DNA of 64,000 bases from Chiloscyllium plagiosum. Its lineage: Eukaryota. Below, in pieces: positions 25,226 through 36,776 of the stretch (the first letter of the stretch is position 1; the number at the start of each line of letters is the position of its first letter). A model generated the notes under the pieces. It was not told the DNA's origin. It was given only the letters and a program-made list of their open reading frames with translations, and did no database searches. The DNA is taken from positions 8,424,164-8,488,163 of the forward strand of contig NC_057720.1 in the NCBI RefSeq assembly GCF_004010195.1, given 5' to 3'. The translations under genes and the position numbers were made by a program.

Positions 25226-26302
25226 TGGAGCAGATTCTTTTCCTGTCTCCATGGCTGCAGAAGATTAGGAAGGGTCTGCTTTCATATGGAATATGCCTTA
25301 AGGACCTACTGACCTTTCACTGCTCACCGGTCTCTGATATTTATTAAATATTAAAAATATTAAGACAATTCAGTGTGCAATTACAGCCAATTCTGCTACA
25401 AAATTAATAAATCAGTTTACAACCCCTTGTTCACTTAATTAAAATACAGAGTAAAATGTGATTATTTATTACATTTAAAGTGTGTACAAAACAAGCTTAT
25501 GATAAATCTATAATGAGATGAAAAGTAATATTTCTATGGATACAAGCAGTTGAGTTCTGCTGAGCCATTCAAATCCCAGTGGAATATGAACAGGAGAACG
25601 AGCTGTTCAGACTTAATTTCTTCTCCCCAACATTACTCTTTAGTGTTGGGAACAGAGCCAGCGTTTTAATTATAGCCTAATAGATTTAATGTCTAATTGT
25701 GAATGCACTGTGTATTTTATTTTACAAGTAAACCAACACTCACATCAGGAGAGGAACTGTGTGGAAGACAGATACTAAACAACGATGTTACATATGACCC
25801 AAATAATTGTCCATGCAGCAAGCTAGCAAAACATATATGTCTGAAAGCTGTAGGCAGGAGAATTCTAACCCATATGGCACATTACATGTCAGACATATCA
25901 TCTGCTTTTGAAGAGATTGTTTAGTAAGGGGATCAAAGGTTATAGGGAGAAGGCAGGAGAATGGGGTTGAGAAACATATCCACCATGATCATATGGTGGA
26001 GCACAGTTGATGGGCCCAATGGCCTAAATTTGCTTATATTTCTACTTTTGTGGAAATTGTTTAGTAAGAGGATCAAGGGTTATGAGGAGGAGGCAGGATT
26101 TAGATTTAGATCTATTTAGATTTACGCTTTAATTTCTCTATCTCAGGGAGCTGTTGGGGATAGTCCATTAGATATATTCAAGAGGGAGTTTGACATGGCT
26201 CTTGTGGCTAACGGGATCAAGGGACATGGGGAGAAAGCGAGAGTGAGATACTGAGATTGCATGATCAACTGTGATCATATTGAATGGAGGGGCAAGCTGG
26301 AG

Positions 26303-26506
26303 ATAACGAGGACTGCAGATGCTGGAAAATCGGCATTGATAAAGTGTGGCGCTGGAAAAAGCACAGCAGGTCAGGCAGCATCTGAAGAGCAGGGGAGTCA
26401 GTGTTTCAGGTCGGGCCTTTCATCAGGACTGATGAAACATCAACTCCCCTCCTCCTCTGATGCTGCTTGACCTGCTGTGATTTTACCAGCTCCACACTTT
26501 ATCAAC
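26303..26506. mobile_element. PLE-tail fold-back insertion inside a CR1 tail
   Basis: Arms ttgataaagtgtggcgctgg...gtgtttca and tgaaacatc...ccagctccacactttatcaa are reverse complements; decayed hammerhead at the centre. Confidence 0.8.
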
Positions 26507-26554
26507 ATTGGTGATGCAGGCCCGAAAGCCTACTCTCGTACCTATTTTCTATGT

Positions 26555-26788
26555 TTTCTATTGTCACTTGTATCAAGTGCGGGGGGACAAGAGTACAGTG
26601 AAAAGTGCACAATGTCACCACACATGGTGCCATCTTAGGTAGAGAGTACCCAGGTACAAAATCTTAGTTACAGAAATCGAAAAATAAAGAAATAAGTTAA
26701 GAAGTTCAATGCTACAGTCTTTTTACCATAGAAGTAGAAACAAAAGGAAATAAAGTTAAAATGTCAATCATTACAGTCATTTCTTAAG
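26555..26788 (-). mobile_element. 3' part of the Rex/Babar-tailed non-autonomous element
   Basis: Reverse strand cttttcactgtactc...tacaagtgacaata; contains an internal ~40-bp duplication as in 46600-46690. Confidence 0.55.
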
Positions 26789-27340
26789 ATTAGATTAAAT
26801 TTTCTACGGTGTGGAAACAGTCCCTTCGGCCCAACAAGTCCACACCGACCCTCCGAAGAGTAACACTTAAATGTTCAATAAATGGCCACTTAAGTGTCTC
26901 AACATACCAAGTCTCCAATCATGTCCCTTCCCAGTGGCTAAGAAAAGTGACTGTATTCCTGACTGGGAAACCATGGTGACATTCCCGTCAGATTGGGATA
27001 ATGTTGCCATATTATGGAAGCAATTGGAGTCATGGATGGAGGGAGCAAAGCCTTTGAAAGCCACCTTACTGCCTTTGCCTCTCACCCCCATGATCATCCA
27101 TGTCATCCTTAGACATGGACTGATGGACTTTAGGACCCAGATGTTGCTGGCTTCTGATTCTCATGACCCAGGATGCTATTCTCAAGGCCCGTAATTAGGA
27201 ACATAAGAACAGGAGGAGGTCATTCAGCCCCTGGAGTCTGACATTCAATGAAGTCACAGCAGATTTGTAGCCTGACTCTATATATCTGCCTCTGGCCCGT
27301 ATTCCTTATATCATTGCTTAACAAACATTTATCTATCTCA

Positions 27341-27477
27341 AAAATCACACAACACCAGGTGATTGAAGGAGCGTCGCTCCGAAAGCTAGTGTGCTTCCAA
27401 TTAAACCTGTTGGACTATAACCTGGTGTTGTGTGATTTTTAACTTTGTACACCCCAGTCCAACACCAGCATCTCCGA
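27341..27477 (+). mobile_element. PLE-tail insertion (family B) with short 5' inversion, inside a minus-strand CR1 tail (~27195-27565)
   Basis: 14-bp TSD atttatctatctca (27327-27340, 27478-27491); aaaatcacacaacaccaggt is the reverse complement of 27420-27439; ggagcgtcgctcc-GAAA-gcta present but CUGA box truncated. Confidence 0.85.
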
Positions 27478-27628
27478 ATTTATCTATCTCAGATTTGAAA
27501 CTAGCAACTGAACCAGTATCCACTGCTGTTTGTGGAAGAGCATTCCAAACTCCTTCCACCTTTTGTCAGTTAGCCAAGAAACCTACCTGCTGTCTCACTG
27601 TCAGCTGATTGACAGAAAATACAGTGGG

Positions 27629-27821
27629 CGAAAGTGAGGACTGCAGATGCTGGAGATCAGAGTCTAGATTAGAGTGGTGCTGGAAAAGCACAGCAGCATC
27701 CGAAGAGCAGAAAAATTGACGTTTCAGGCAAAAGTCCTTCTTTTGCCCGAAACGTCAATTTTTCTGCTCCTCAGTTGCTACCTGGCCTGCTGTACTTTTC
27801 CAGCACCACTCTAATCTAGAT
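27629..27821. mobile_element. PLE-tail fold-back insertion (family A)
   Basis: Arms tctagattagagtggtgctggaaaag...gtttcaggcaaaag / cttttgcccgaaac...cagcaccactctaatctaga; TSD aatacagtggg / aatacaatggg (27618-27628, 27822-27832). Confidence 0.85.
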
Positions 27822-28679
27822 AATACAATGGGTTATATAGACAGTTGAATTATCAGCCAGCACCTTTGTCCCATACATTAAATCTTAAAAGAAATTCCAA
27901 ATATCTGTAAAGAGTCTTGCAAAGTCCCACTTTTCCTTGCTTTATCCCCTCAGCTTCCTCCATCTTTTTGACTCCCTAACACTCTCTACTCTCATCTGTA
28001 GGAAATGGGCTCAGCAAAAAAATAACACAACTGTTAATCTTTAAGAAGCCATGGTTATTCCACATCGGCAGACAGTACCTTAGGAATTGATGTGACATTA
28101 TGGAACTTTGTACAGGAGTGTGGGAAGAGAGAGGTTCAGGATGGAAGGGGAGGACAATGCAAGTCTGAACGTAATGGTGGTAGGGAGGCGGGGGGTGTGG
28201 GGTGGTGAGGTAGAGGAGTGATATAGAAAAATAACATCTTTGTCAACCACTGGATTAAGGCTCCCCACTTGCCTGGATGTGTACAGCTCCAACAACAATG
28301 CAAGAAACTTGACATCACCCAGGATAAAGCAGCCCGCTTGATTGGTGCCACATCCATAAACAGTCACTCCCTCCATCACTGACACTCAATAGCAGCACAA
28401 TGTACAAGATACACTGAAGAAATTCACCTAAGCTCATTGGACAGCACCTTCCAAACCCTGACCATTTTCATCTAGAGGGACAAGGACAGCAGATACTTGG
28501 GAATGACACCACCTGCAAGCTCCCCTACAAGCCACTCACGACCTTGGCTTGGAAATGTATCACGTTCCCATCACTGGGTCAAAATCCTGGAACTTCCCCA
28601 ACCCCAAATATCAATGCGAGTCAACCTATAGCACATGGACTGCAGCGATTCAGGAAGGCAGCTCATCCCCACCTTCTCT

Positions 28680-28859
28680 CGGAGAAGAGTGAGGACTGCA
28701 GATGCTGGAGATCAGAGCTGAAAATGTGTTGCTGGAAAATCACAGCAGGTCAGGCAGCATGCAAGGAGCAGGAGAATCAACGTTTCAGGCATGAGCCCTT
28801 CTTCAGGAATCCTGAAGAAGGGCTCATGCCCGAAACGTCGATTCTCCTGCTCCTTGGAT
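28680..28859. mobile_element. PLE-tail fold-back insertion (family A) with hammerheads on both strands
   Basis: Near-perfect palindrome 28762-28856 centred on 28809; 12-bp TSD cccaccttctct (28668-28679, 28860-28871). Confidence 0.9.
28807..28844 (+). ncRNA. Minimal hammerhead ribozyme motif with perfect 5-bp helix I
   Basis: gaatc-CTGAAGA-a-gggc(tcat)gccc-GAAA-cGTC-gattc. Confidence 0.75.
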
Positions 28860-29179
28860 CCCACCTTCTCTAGGGCAACTAGGGACAGGCAATAAACACT
28901 GGACCTAGCCAGAGATATCTGAATCCTGTAGGTAAATAAGATAACATTGCAAAGGAGGGTAAAAGCAGGTGAGGAGGCTGAAGGGAGATGCAGGACTTTG
29001 TAAGACCCAGATAACGATTTTAAGACAACATCGCAGTCAGAATTAGAACAGAGAATGCCAACACATATTTGTTGCATGAGGCTGTGAGGGTCTGAAAGGG
29101 TTAATATTGAGGAATGCCTTCAGCATCATATGCTATAATGATATCAAATGTAGAGGTGGCCCATTCCCCCTAAATCACC

Positions 29180-29490
29180 ATTCTCCCCATGCCCTTTCTC
29201 TATTTTACCGCCCCCTTCCTCACTCCCCAACACCCCCCTCGTTCTCTTGCCTCCCTCCCCATCCTTACTCTCCCCGTCTTCACTCCCGCCACATCCTCGC
29301 TTCATTGTCCACACTCCTCCCCTCCTGTGCTCTCACATTCCCCTGTGACTTCACTCCCCTCGCCCTCTCCTCAATCTTCCCCGCATCCTCACTCCCTCAC
29401 GTATCCTCCCCCACCCTGCTCCCCCCCATCCCCCACCTCCCATGTCCTCTCTCTGTCCCACTCCCTTTCAACCATGTGCTTCTCCTCTGC
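29180..29490. repeat. C-rich polypyrimidine low-complexity tract
   Basis: Runs of cccc/ctcc; explains the Pro/Ser-rich spurious ORFs. Confidence 0.85.
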
Positions 29491-29527
29491 ACATGCAGCC
29501 CCTTTGTGTGTGACAACATCGGAATTC

Positions 29528-29616
29528 TACGTGATGAGTCATGTTTCCAGAATTGTTCACATGCGCAGTTACACGTGTTGCCGGAAGTCAGCAGATACTG
29601 GCAATGGCAGTATAAT
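29528..29616. promoter_or_regulatory. Compact promoter/enhancer-like motif cluster
   Basis: TACGTG 29528, TGAGTCA 29535-29541, CATGCGCA 29560-29567, CACGTG 29572-29577, CCGGAAGT 29581-29588, TATAAT 29611-29616. Confidence 0.35.
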
Positions 29617-30389
29617 CGGTGAAATTAATAATTCAAACTAGCTTCAAGCCACAATCAAAGTTTGAAACAATCGAAAGCAAGGGATGCAACTTTTGTTTTC
29701 CATGAAAACAGATTAAAGGAAGTACAATTGTACGGTTTACGTAGCCAACAACCAAGTTGTTGCTCCCAAGTGACTAGCAGAGGCCCTGGTTTCTGTATTT
29801 GTCGATTAACTAACTATGAAAACCACGTCTGCAAGGGGCTGTTGTGCTGTAAGGGGTTCAGAGGTAGAATCCCTAACTCCCACCTGCCTCCCTGAACTGA
29901 GAGGCCTGGGTTAAGTCCCACCTGCTCCAGAGGTGTGTAATAACAGCTCTGAACACACTGATTGTACAAATAAGTTAAAATTATGTTGCTCAATAGGAGA
30001 AAGTTTTCTTTTAAATTGCAACATCGCATTTCTCAGGTACTGTAGATGTACACATTATTTCTGAGGTGAACGTTGCATGAAATGTATACTCCTCAAATAA
30101 TGTCTGATGTTCTGGTGAACTTCAGGATAATGGAAGGCAAAAGCACAGCTGAGATCTAATCACTCCACAATGAAGGCATTGAGTACAAACTGTTCAGAGA
30201 GAACGAGCAATAATGAACTTCAGGATGGAGCACAACAGAATGACCAGAGTTCTGTGTGAAAGGTGATAAAGCAGGGCCTTTGAGCTTAAAACCAGAGTGG
30301 ATATTACTGTAATTTACAGTTATTCGGCCCACTGGCAGGAATACACAGATTGGTATGATTGGTCGACGCAACATCTATATTCTATGTTC

Positions 30390-31034
30390 TATGATTTGAC
30401 AGGAAAGTCACTGGGACCTTCTGCCAAATCTTGAACACAGGATCACAGTCTCAGAAGAAGGGGTCAATCATTCAGTGTTCAGATGAGGAGAACATAGTCA
30501 CTTCGAGCACTGTGTATCTTTGGAATTTTATACTTAAAATGTTGTGGATCTTTCATCGTTGAATATATTCATGGCTGGAATAGAAATATATTTAGTCCTT
30601 CAGGGAAACAAGAGATATGAATGAATGGGGGGTTTGGAAGGTCAAGTGGCAGAAGAAGATCAGCCATGACAGTACTAAGTGAACAGGCTCCAGGGCCTCT
30701 CTGGTGCACTCCCGCAGGTTCTTTCAGCTGCCGTTCTGTTTCGTCGAATCCCGATACTGAGGAAGCAGTCCATTTAGTCCATTGGGTCTGTACCAACCCT
30801 CCGAAGAGGATCCCACTCAGGCCCAGCCCCCAGATCTATCCCCAAAACCCTGCATTTCCCATGGCTACTCCACATCTTTGGACTAGGGGAGGAAACCAGA
30901 GCACCCAGCAGATACCCATGCAGACACGGGAAGAAAGTACAAACTCCAGGCAGACAGTCACCTGAGGATGGAATCAAACCAGGATCCCTGGTGCTGCGAG
31001 GCAGCAGTGCTAACCACTGAGCCACTGTGCTGTC
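30390..31034. mobile_element. Old CR1 tail (+, ~30390-30740) followed by an HE1 SINE (-, ~30750-31034)
   Basis: ggatcacagtctcagaagaaggggtcaatcattc...gatcagccatga; HE1 A-box on the reverse strand at ~31005-31030. Confidence 0.75.
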
Positions 31035-31920
31035 CTTTGCCAAACTATCAACCACCAATTCACCACTCACCCCAAACCTGAGACAGTACACAGGAAGATG
31101 ACAGAAAGAAAGATATTGCATTTAAAAAGCATTAATTTGGGGTATCCAGAAAAGCTTGAAGGTTGTACATTGCCATTGCAATATTAGTAAACAAATGACT
31201 CCCTGTGCATCCAGTAAGGTCCCACTAACAGGCAAGATGAATGGTTCCCGCTGAGGGACAAATACTGTCTTGAATACTGGGGAGAACTCCTTCTTCTGAA
31301 GGGGTGAGGAGGGGGTTCTGCACCAGAACAATTTCAGGTTTCCACCCAAGAGGCTTGGTGGGTTGTTTGCAGTGACAGCTGTTAATCTCATTTGAGACGG
31401 CAGACCCTGACTAGGCGACTGCAGGTGATGAACATTGATGGACCAGCTGTTTATTTTATGTGCGAGCATGCAGATTTGGTGAGACAGAATTTTACACCTT
31501 GTCCTGATGGGAAATCTAGTCAATTGTTAAGTGGCCAAATGGTAACATGAAGCAGATGCAGATCGTTTATTTGTTTTGCAAGTTTATTCACAGAGTGCAG
31601 CATGACATATGAAAGCAAAGATCTGCGGATGCTAAAGATCTGAAACAAGCACAAAATGTGCTGGAGAAACTCAGCAGGTCTGGCAGTATCTGTGGAGAGA
31701 GAAACAGATGCTTCTGAAGACAAGTCGTACCAGAGTCGAAACACTAATCCTGTTTCTCTCCCCACAGATTCTACCAACCTGCAGCATTGCACAGATCTGC
31801 CTCATATACAGAGCATTAACATTCCTTTTATCTTATCTTATGGAAACAAACAGTTAATAAGATGACAGAAGAGCAGTAAAAAGTCAAATTGTTGAAACAA
31901 ACTGGTGAAATTAAAAACAA

Positions 31921-32205
31921 ATTTTGATTTGATTTCATTTATTATTGTCACATGTACCTCGGTACAGTGAAAGGTTTTGTTTTGCGTGCAGTACAGGCTG
32001 GTCATATCACACAAAGTGCATTAGAGTAATAGAACAGAGCAAGAAATACAGAAAGTGCACAAAGATTGAGATCAACATTAAATTTAAAATTTGAGTGGTC
32101 CATTCAGAAGTCCAATAAGAGTGAGGAAGAAGTTGTTCTTGAATCTGTTAGCACGCGTGTTGAAACTTTGTATGTCCTGCCTGATGGAAGAGATTGTATC
32201 CGGGT
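31921..32205 (-). mobile_element. Rex1/Babar LINE 3' end
   Basis: Reverse strand reads LPSGRTY.. then, after a frameshift, NRFKNNFFLTLIGLLN, matching the Rex1 C-terminal LPSGRRY...RF.NSFFP.AIRLLN pattern; tail tttcactgtaccgaggtacatgtgacaataataaa plus (aaatc)n. Confidence 0.75.
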
Positions 32206-32812
32206 CGAGGGGTTAAGATGATATAGAGTCAGCGAGTATAGAGACGTACAGCATGGAAACAGACCCTTGTCCATGCTGTGCAGATATCCCAACCCAACCT
32301 GCCAGTACCCAGCCCATATCCCTCCAAACCCTTCCTATTTATATACCCATCCAAATGTCTCTTAAATGTTGCAATTGTACCAGCCTCCACCACTTCCTCT
32401 GGCAGCTCATTCCACACACGTACCATCCTCTGCATGAAAAAGTTGCGCCTTAGGTCTCTTTTGTATCTTTCCCCTCTTACCCTAAACCTATGCCCTCTAA
32501 TTCTGGACTCCCCCACTCCAGGGAAAAAAACTTTGTCTATTTATCCTATCCATGCCCCTCATGATTTTATAAACCTCTATAAGGTTACCCCTCAGTCTCT
32601 GATGCTCCAGGGAAAACTGCCCCAGCCTATTCAACCTCTCTCTATAGCTCAAATTCTCCAACCCTGGCAACATCCTTGTAAATCTTTTCTGAACCCTTTC
32701 AGGTTTCACAACATCTTTCCGATAGGAAGGAGAGGAGAATCGCATGCAGTATTCCAACAGTAGCCTAACCAATGTCCTGTACAGTTGCAACATGACCTTC
32801 CAACACTTGTAC

Positions 32813-33754
32813 TCAATACTCTGACCAATAAAGGAAAGCATACCAAACGCCTTCTTCACTATATACCTGGGACTCTATTTTCAAGGAGCTTTGAACCTGC
32901 TCTCCAGGGTCTCTTTGTTCAGCAACACTCCCTAGGACTTTACCATTAAGTGTATAAGTCCTGCTAAGATTTGCTTTCCCAAAATGCAACATCTTGCATT
33001 TATCTAAATTAAACTCCATCTGCCACTTCTCAGCCCATTGGCCCATCTGATCAAGATCCCACTGTAATCTGAGGTAACCTTCTTCGTTCTCCACTACACC
33101 TCCAATTTTGATGTCACCTGCAAACTTACTAACAATATCTCTTATGCTCACATCCAAATCATTTATATAAATTACAAAAAGTAGAGGGTCCAGAACCAAT
33201 CCTTGAGACACTCCACTGGTAACAGGTCTCCAGTCTGAAAAACAACCCACCACCACCACCCTCTGTCTTCTTCCTTTGAGCCAGTTCTGTATACAAATGA
33301 CTAGTTCTCCCTGTATTCCGTGGGATCTAACCTTGCTAACCAGTCTCCCATGGGGAACCTTCTCGAACGCCTTACTGAAGTCCATATAGATCACGTCTAC
33401 TGCCCTGCCCTCATCAATCCTCTTTGTTACTTCTTCAAAAAACTCAATCAAGTTTGTGAGACATGATTTCTCACGCACAAAGCCATGTTGACTATCCTGA
33501 ATCAGTCCTTGCCTTTCCAAATACATGTACATCTTGTATCTCAGGATTCCCTCCAACAACTTGCCCACCACTGAGGTCAGGCTCACTGGTCTATAGTTCC
33601 CTGGCACGTACTTACCACCTTTCTTAAACAGTGGCACCACGTTTGCTAACCTCCAGTCTTCTGGCACCTCACCTGTGACTATTGATGATACAAATATCTC
33701 AGCAAGGGGCCCAGCAATCACGTCTTTAGCTTCCCACAGAGTTCTAGGGTACAC
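32813..33754 (-). pseudogene. CR1 reverse transcriptase domain, inactive
   Basis: 313-aa open segment; catalytic FADD reads FAGD; flanked by frameshifts and a nested insertion. Confidence 0.9.
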
Positions 33755-33777
33755 CTGATCAGGTCCTGGGGATTTTT

Positions 33778-34070
33778 ATTTAACAATACAGCACAGAGAA
33801 GGCCCTTCTGTCCTCGATGTTGTGCCATCCTGTGAACTAATCTAAGCCCATCCCCCTCCACTATCCTATCATCATCCATGTGCTTATCCAAGGATTGTTT
33901 AAATCATGCTAATGTGGCTGAGTTAACTACATTGGCAGGCAGGGCATTCCACGCCCTTACCACTCTCTGAGTAAAGAACCTACCTCTGACATCGTCTTAA
34001 ATCTATCACCCCTCAGTTTGTCACTATGCCCCCTTGTACAAGCTGACGTCATCATCCTAGGAAAACGACA
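33778..34070 (-). mobile_element. 3' tail of a different CR1 family nested in the long CR1
   Basis: Interrupts ORF2 between ..LKRIKV and ..KSPGPDQVYPR; has its own tail acagcacagagaaggcccttctg. Confidence 0.8.
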
Positions 34071-36237
34071 TTCACTTTTATGCGTTTCAAGGCATCCAGA
34101 ATGTCCTCCTCTATAATATGGACATTTTTCAAGATATCATCACCTATTTCCCTACACTCTGTATCTTTCATATCCTGTTCCACAGTAAATACTGATGCAA
34201 AATACTCATTTAGTACCTCTCTCATTTTCTGAGGCTCCACACAAAGGCCGCCTTGCTGATCTTTGAGGGGCCCTATTCTCTCCCTCGTTACCCTTTTGTC
34301 CTTAATGTATTTGTAAAAGCCCTTTGGATTCTCCTTAACTCTATTTGCCAAAGCTATCACATGTTCCTTTTTTGCCCTCCTGATTTCCCTCTTAAGTATA
34401 CTTTATAATCTTCTAAGGATTCACTCAAACTCTATACCTGACAGACGCTTCCTTCTTTTTCGGAACCAAACCCTCAATTTCTTTAGACACCCAGCATTCC
34501 CTATACCTACCAGCCTTTCCTTTCACCCTGACAGGAATATACTTTCTCTGGACTCTAATTATCTCATTTCTGAAGGCTTCCCGTTTTCCAGCCATCCCTT
34601 TACCTGCGAACATCTGTCCCCAGTCAGCTTTTGAAAGTCAAAATTGGCCTTTCTCCAATTTGGAACTTCAACTTTTAGATCTGGTCTATCCTTTTCCATC
34701 ACTATTTTAAAACGAATAGAATTATGGTCGCTGGCCCCAAAGTGTTCTCCCACTGACACCTCAGTCACCTGCCTTGCCTTATTTCCCAAGAGTAGGTCAA
34801 GTTTTGCACTTTCTCTAGTAGGCACATCCACATACTGAATCAGAAAATTTTCTTGTACACACTTGACAAATTCCTTTCCACCTAAATCCTTAACACTATG
34901 GTAGTCCCTTACCATAACCACCCTAATGTTCTTGTAGATAACTGAGATCGCCTTACAACTTTGTTTCTCAATTTCCTGCTGACTGTTAGGGGGTCTACAA
35001 TATAATCCCAAGAAGGTGATCATCCTTTTCTTATTTCTCAGTTCCACCAAATGACTTCCCTGGATGCATTCCCAGGAATATCCTTCCTAAGTACAGTAGT
35101 ACTACTATCCCTTATCAAAAATGCCATTCCCCCTCCTCTCTTGCCTCCCTTTCTATCCTTCCCTTAGCATTTGTATCCTGGAACATTAAGCTGCCAGTCC
35201 TGACTATCCCTGAGCCATGTTTCCATAATTGCTATGATATCCCAGTCCCATGTTCCTAACCATGCCCTGAGTTCATCTGCCTTCCCTATTAGGCCTCTTG
35301 CATTGAAATAAATACAGTTTAATTTATCAGTCCTACCTTGTTCTCTGCTTGCCCTGACTGTTTGACTCACTTCTATTCTCAACTGCCCCAGTCTCAGATT
35401 GATCTCTTTCCTCACTATCTCCCTTGGTCCCATCCCCCCCACCCATCTTACTAGTTTAAATCCGCCCAAGCAGCTCTAGCAAATCTCCCTGTCAGTATAT
35501 TAGTCCCCTTTCAATTCAGGTGCAATCTGTCCTTCTTGTACAGGTCACCTCTACCCCAGAAGAGATTCCAATGATCCAAAAATGTGAATCCTTTTCCCAT
35601 ACACCCCTCAACTACACATTCATCTGCTCTATCCCCCCATTCCTGCTCTCACTAGCTCGTAGCACCGGTAATAATCTAGATGTTTCTACTCTCGAGGACC
35701 TCCTTTTTAAATTAATGCCTCACTCTCCATGTTGTCACTTCAGAATCTCATCCTTTTCCCTTCCTATGTTATTGGTTTTGATGTGTAAAATAACCTCTTG
35801 CTGGGTCCTCTGCCCTTTGAGAACATTCTGCCCCCTCTGAGACATCCTTGATCCTGGCACCAGGGAAGCAGCACATCACTCTGGTTTTTCGCTGCTGGCC
35901 ACAGAAACGTCTGTCTGTGCCTCAGACTGGAGAGTCCCCTATTGCAATTTTTCTCTTGGAACCCAACTTACCCTTCATTGAATTAGAGCCTGTCTCAATA
36001 CCAGAAACTTGGCTGTTCGTGCTGCATTCCCCTGAAAATCCATCGCCTACATTTTCCAAAACAGCATACTTGTTTCAAATGGGGTAGCCACAGGAAACTC
36101 CTGCACTATCTGCGTACCCTTCCTACCTTTCCTGGGGTTAACCCATCTACCTGTCTGTATGTGCAGCTTTTCTCCCTTCCTATAACTGCCATCCATCACA
36201 CCCCCTTGCTCTGGTAAATTGCTTATGGCCTCTAACT

Positions 36238-36420
36238 GGCAGCATCGTGGCTTAGTGGTTAGCACTACTGCCTCACAGTGCCAGGGACCTGGGTTCAATT
36301 CCACCCTCGAAGTATGAAGTTTGCACATTCTCCCTGTGTCTGTGTAGGTTTCCTCCAGGTGCTCTGGTTTACTTCCACAGTCCAAAGATGTGCAGGTCAG
36401 GTGAATTGTCCATAGTATTA
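36238..36420 (+). mobile_element. HE1 SINE 5' part, nested in the CR1
   Basis: gtggcttagtggttagcactactgcctcacagtgccagggacctgggttcaattcc. Confidence 0.85.
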
Positions 36421-36454
36421 TGGCTTATAACTTTAAGTTTAATCAAGAGACATT

Positions 36455-36776
36455 GATTAGATTAGATTAGATTAGATTACAGTGTGGAAACAGGCCCTTC
36501 GGCCCAACAAGTCCACACCGACCCGCCGAAGCGAAACCCACCCATACCCCTACATTTACCCCTTATCTAACACTACGGGCAATTTAGTACGGCCAATTCA
36601 TCTGACCCTGCACATCTTTTGAATTGTGGGAGGAAACCGGAGCACCCGGAGGAAACCCACGCAGACACGGGGAGAACGTGCAAACTCCACACAGTCAGTC
36701 GCCTGAGGCGGGAATTGAACCCGGGTCTCTGGCGCTGTGAGGCAGCAGTGCTAACCACTGTGCCACCGTGCCGCCC
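36455..36776 (-). mobile_element. Young full-length HE1 SINE
   Basis: CpG-rich, intact A box (tggcacagtgg) and B box (ggttcaattccc), with an (ctaat)n tail. Confidence 0.93.

Larger units (their letters stand above)
28255..28930 (+). mobile_element. CR1/L2-group LINE 3' end (second family) hosting a PLE insertion
   Basis: Decayed reading ..KKLDITQDKAARLIGATS..HSLHH..; tail gggcaactagggacaggcaataaacactgg. Confidence 0.75.

Noticed and set aside
26336..26506. Fold-back hairpins as miRNA precursors or DNA-transposon MITEs
   Set aside because: Arms are PLE 3' sequence, asymmetric and with variable TSD lengths, unlike fixed-TSD MITEs; no mature miRNA recognised
27598..27615. CTGTCA plus TGATTGACAG Pbx/Meis site
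   Set aside because: Isolated in a ~60-bp gap between repeats; cannot be distinguished from chance
29107..29641. 171-aa and 150-aa Pro/Ser/His-rich ORFs
   Set aside because: Artefact of the C-rich low-complexity tract; no domain or splice support
32813..33754. Active or domesticated reverse transcriptase
   Set aside because: Catalytic motif mutated (FAGD) and surrounding ORF2 broken by frameshifts and an insertion
36700..36776. tRNA gene
   Set aside because: The tRNA-like A/B-box region is the head of an HE1 SINE, continuing into the V-domain and LINE-derived tail; the same applies to other copies
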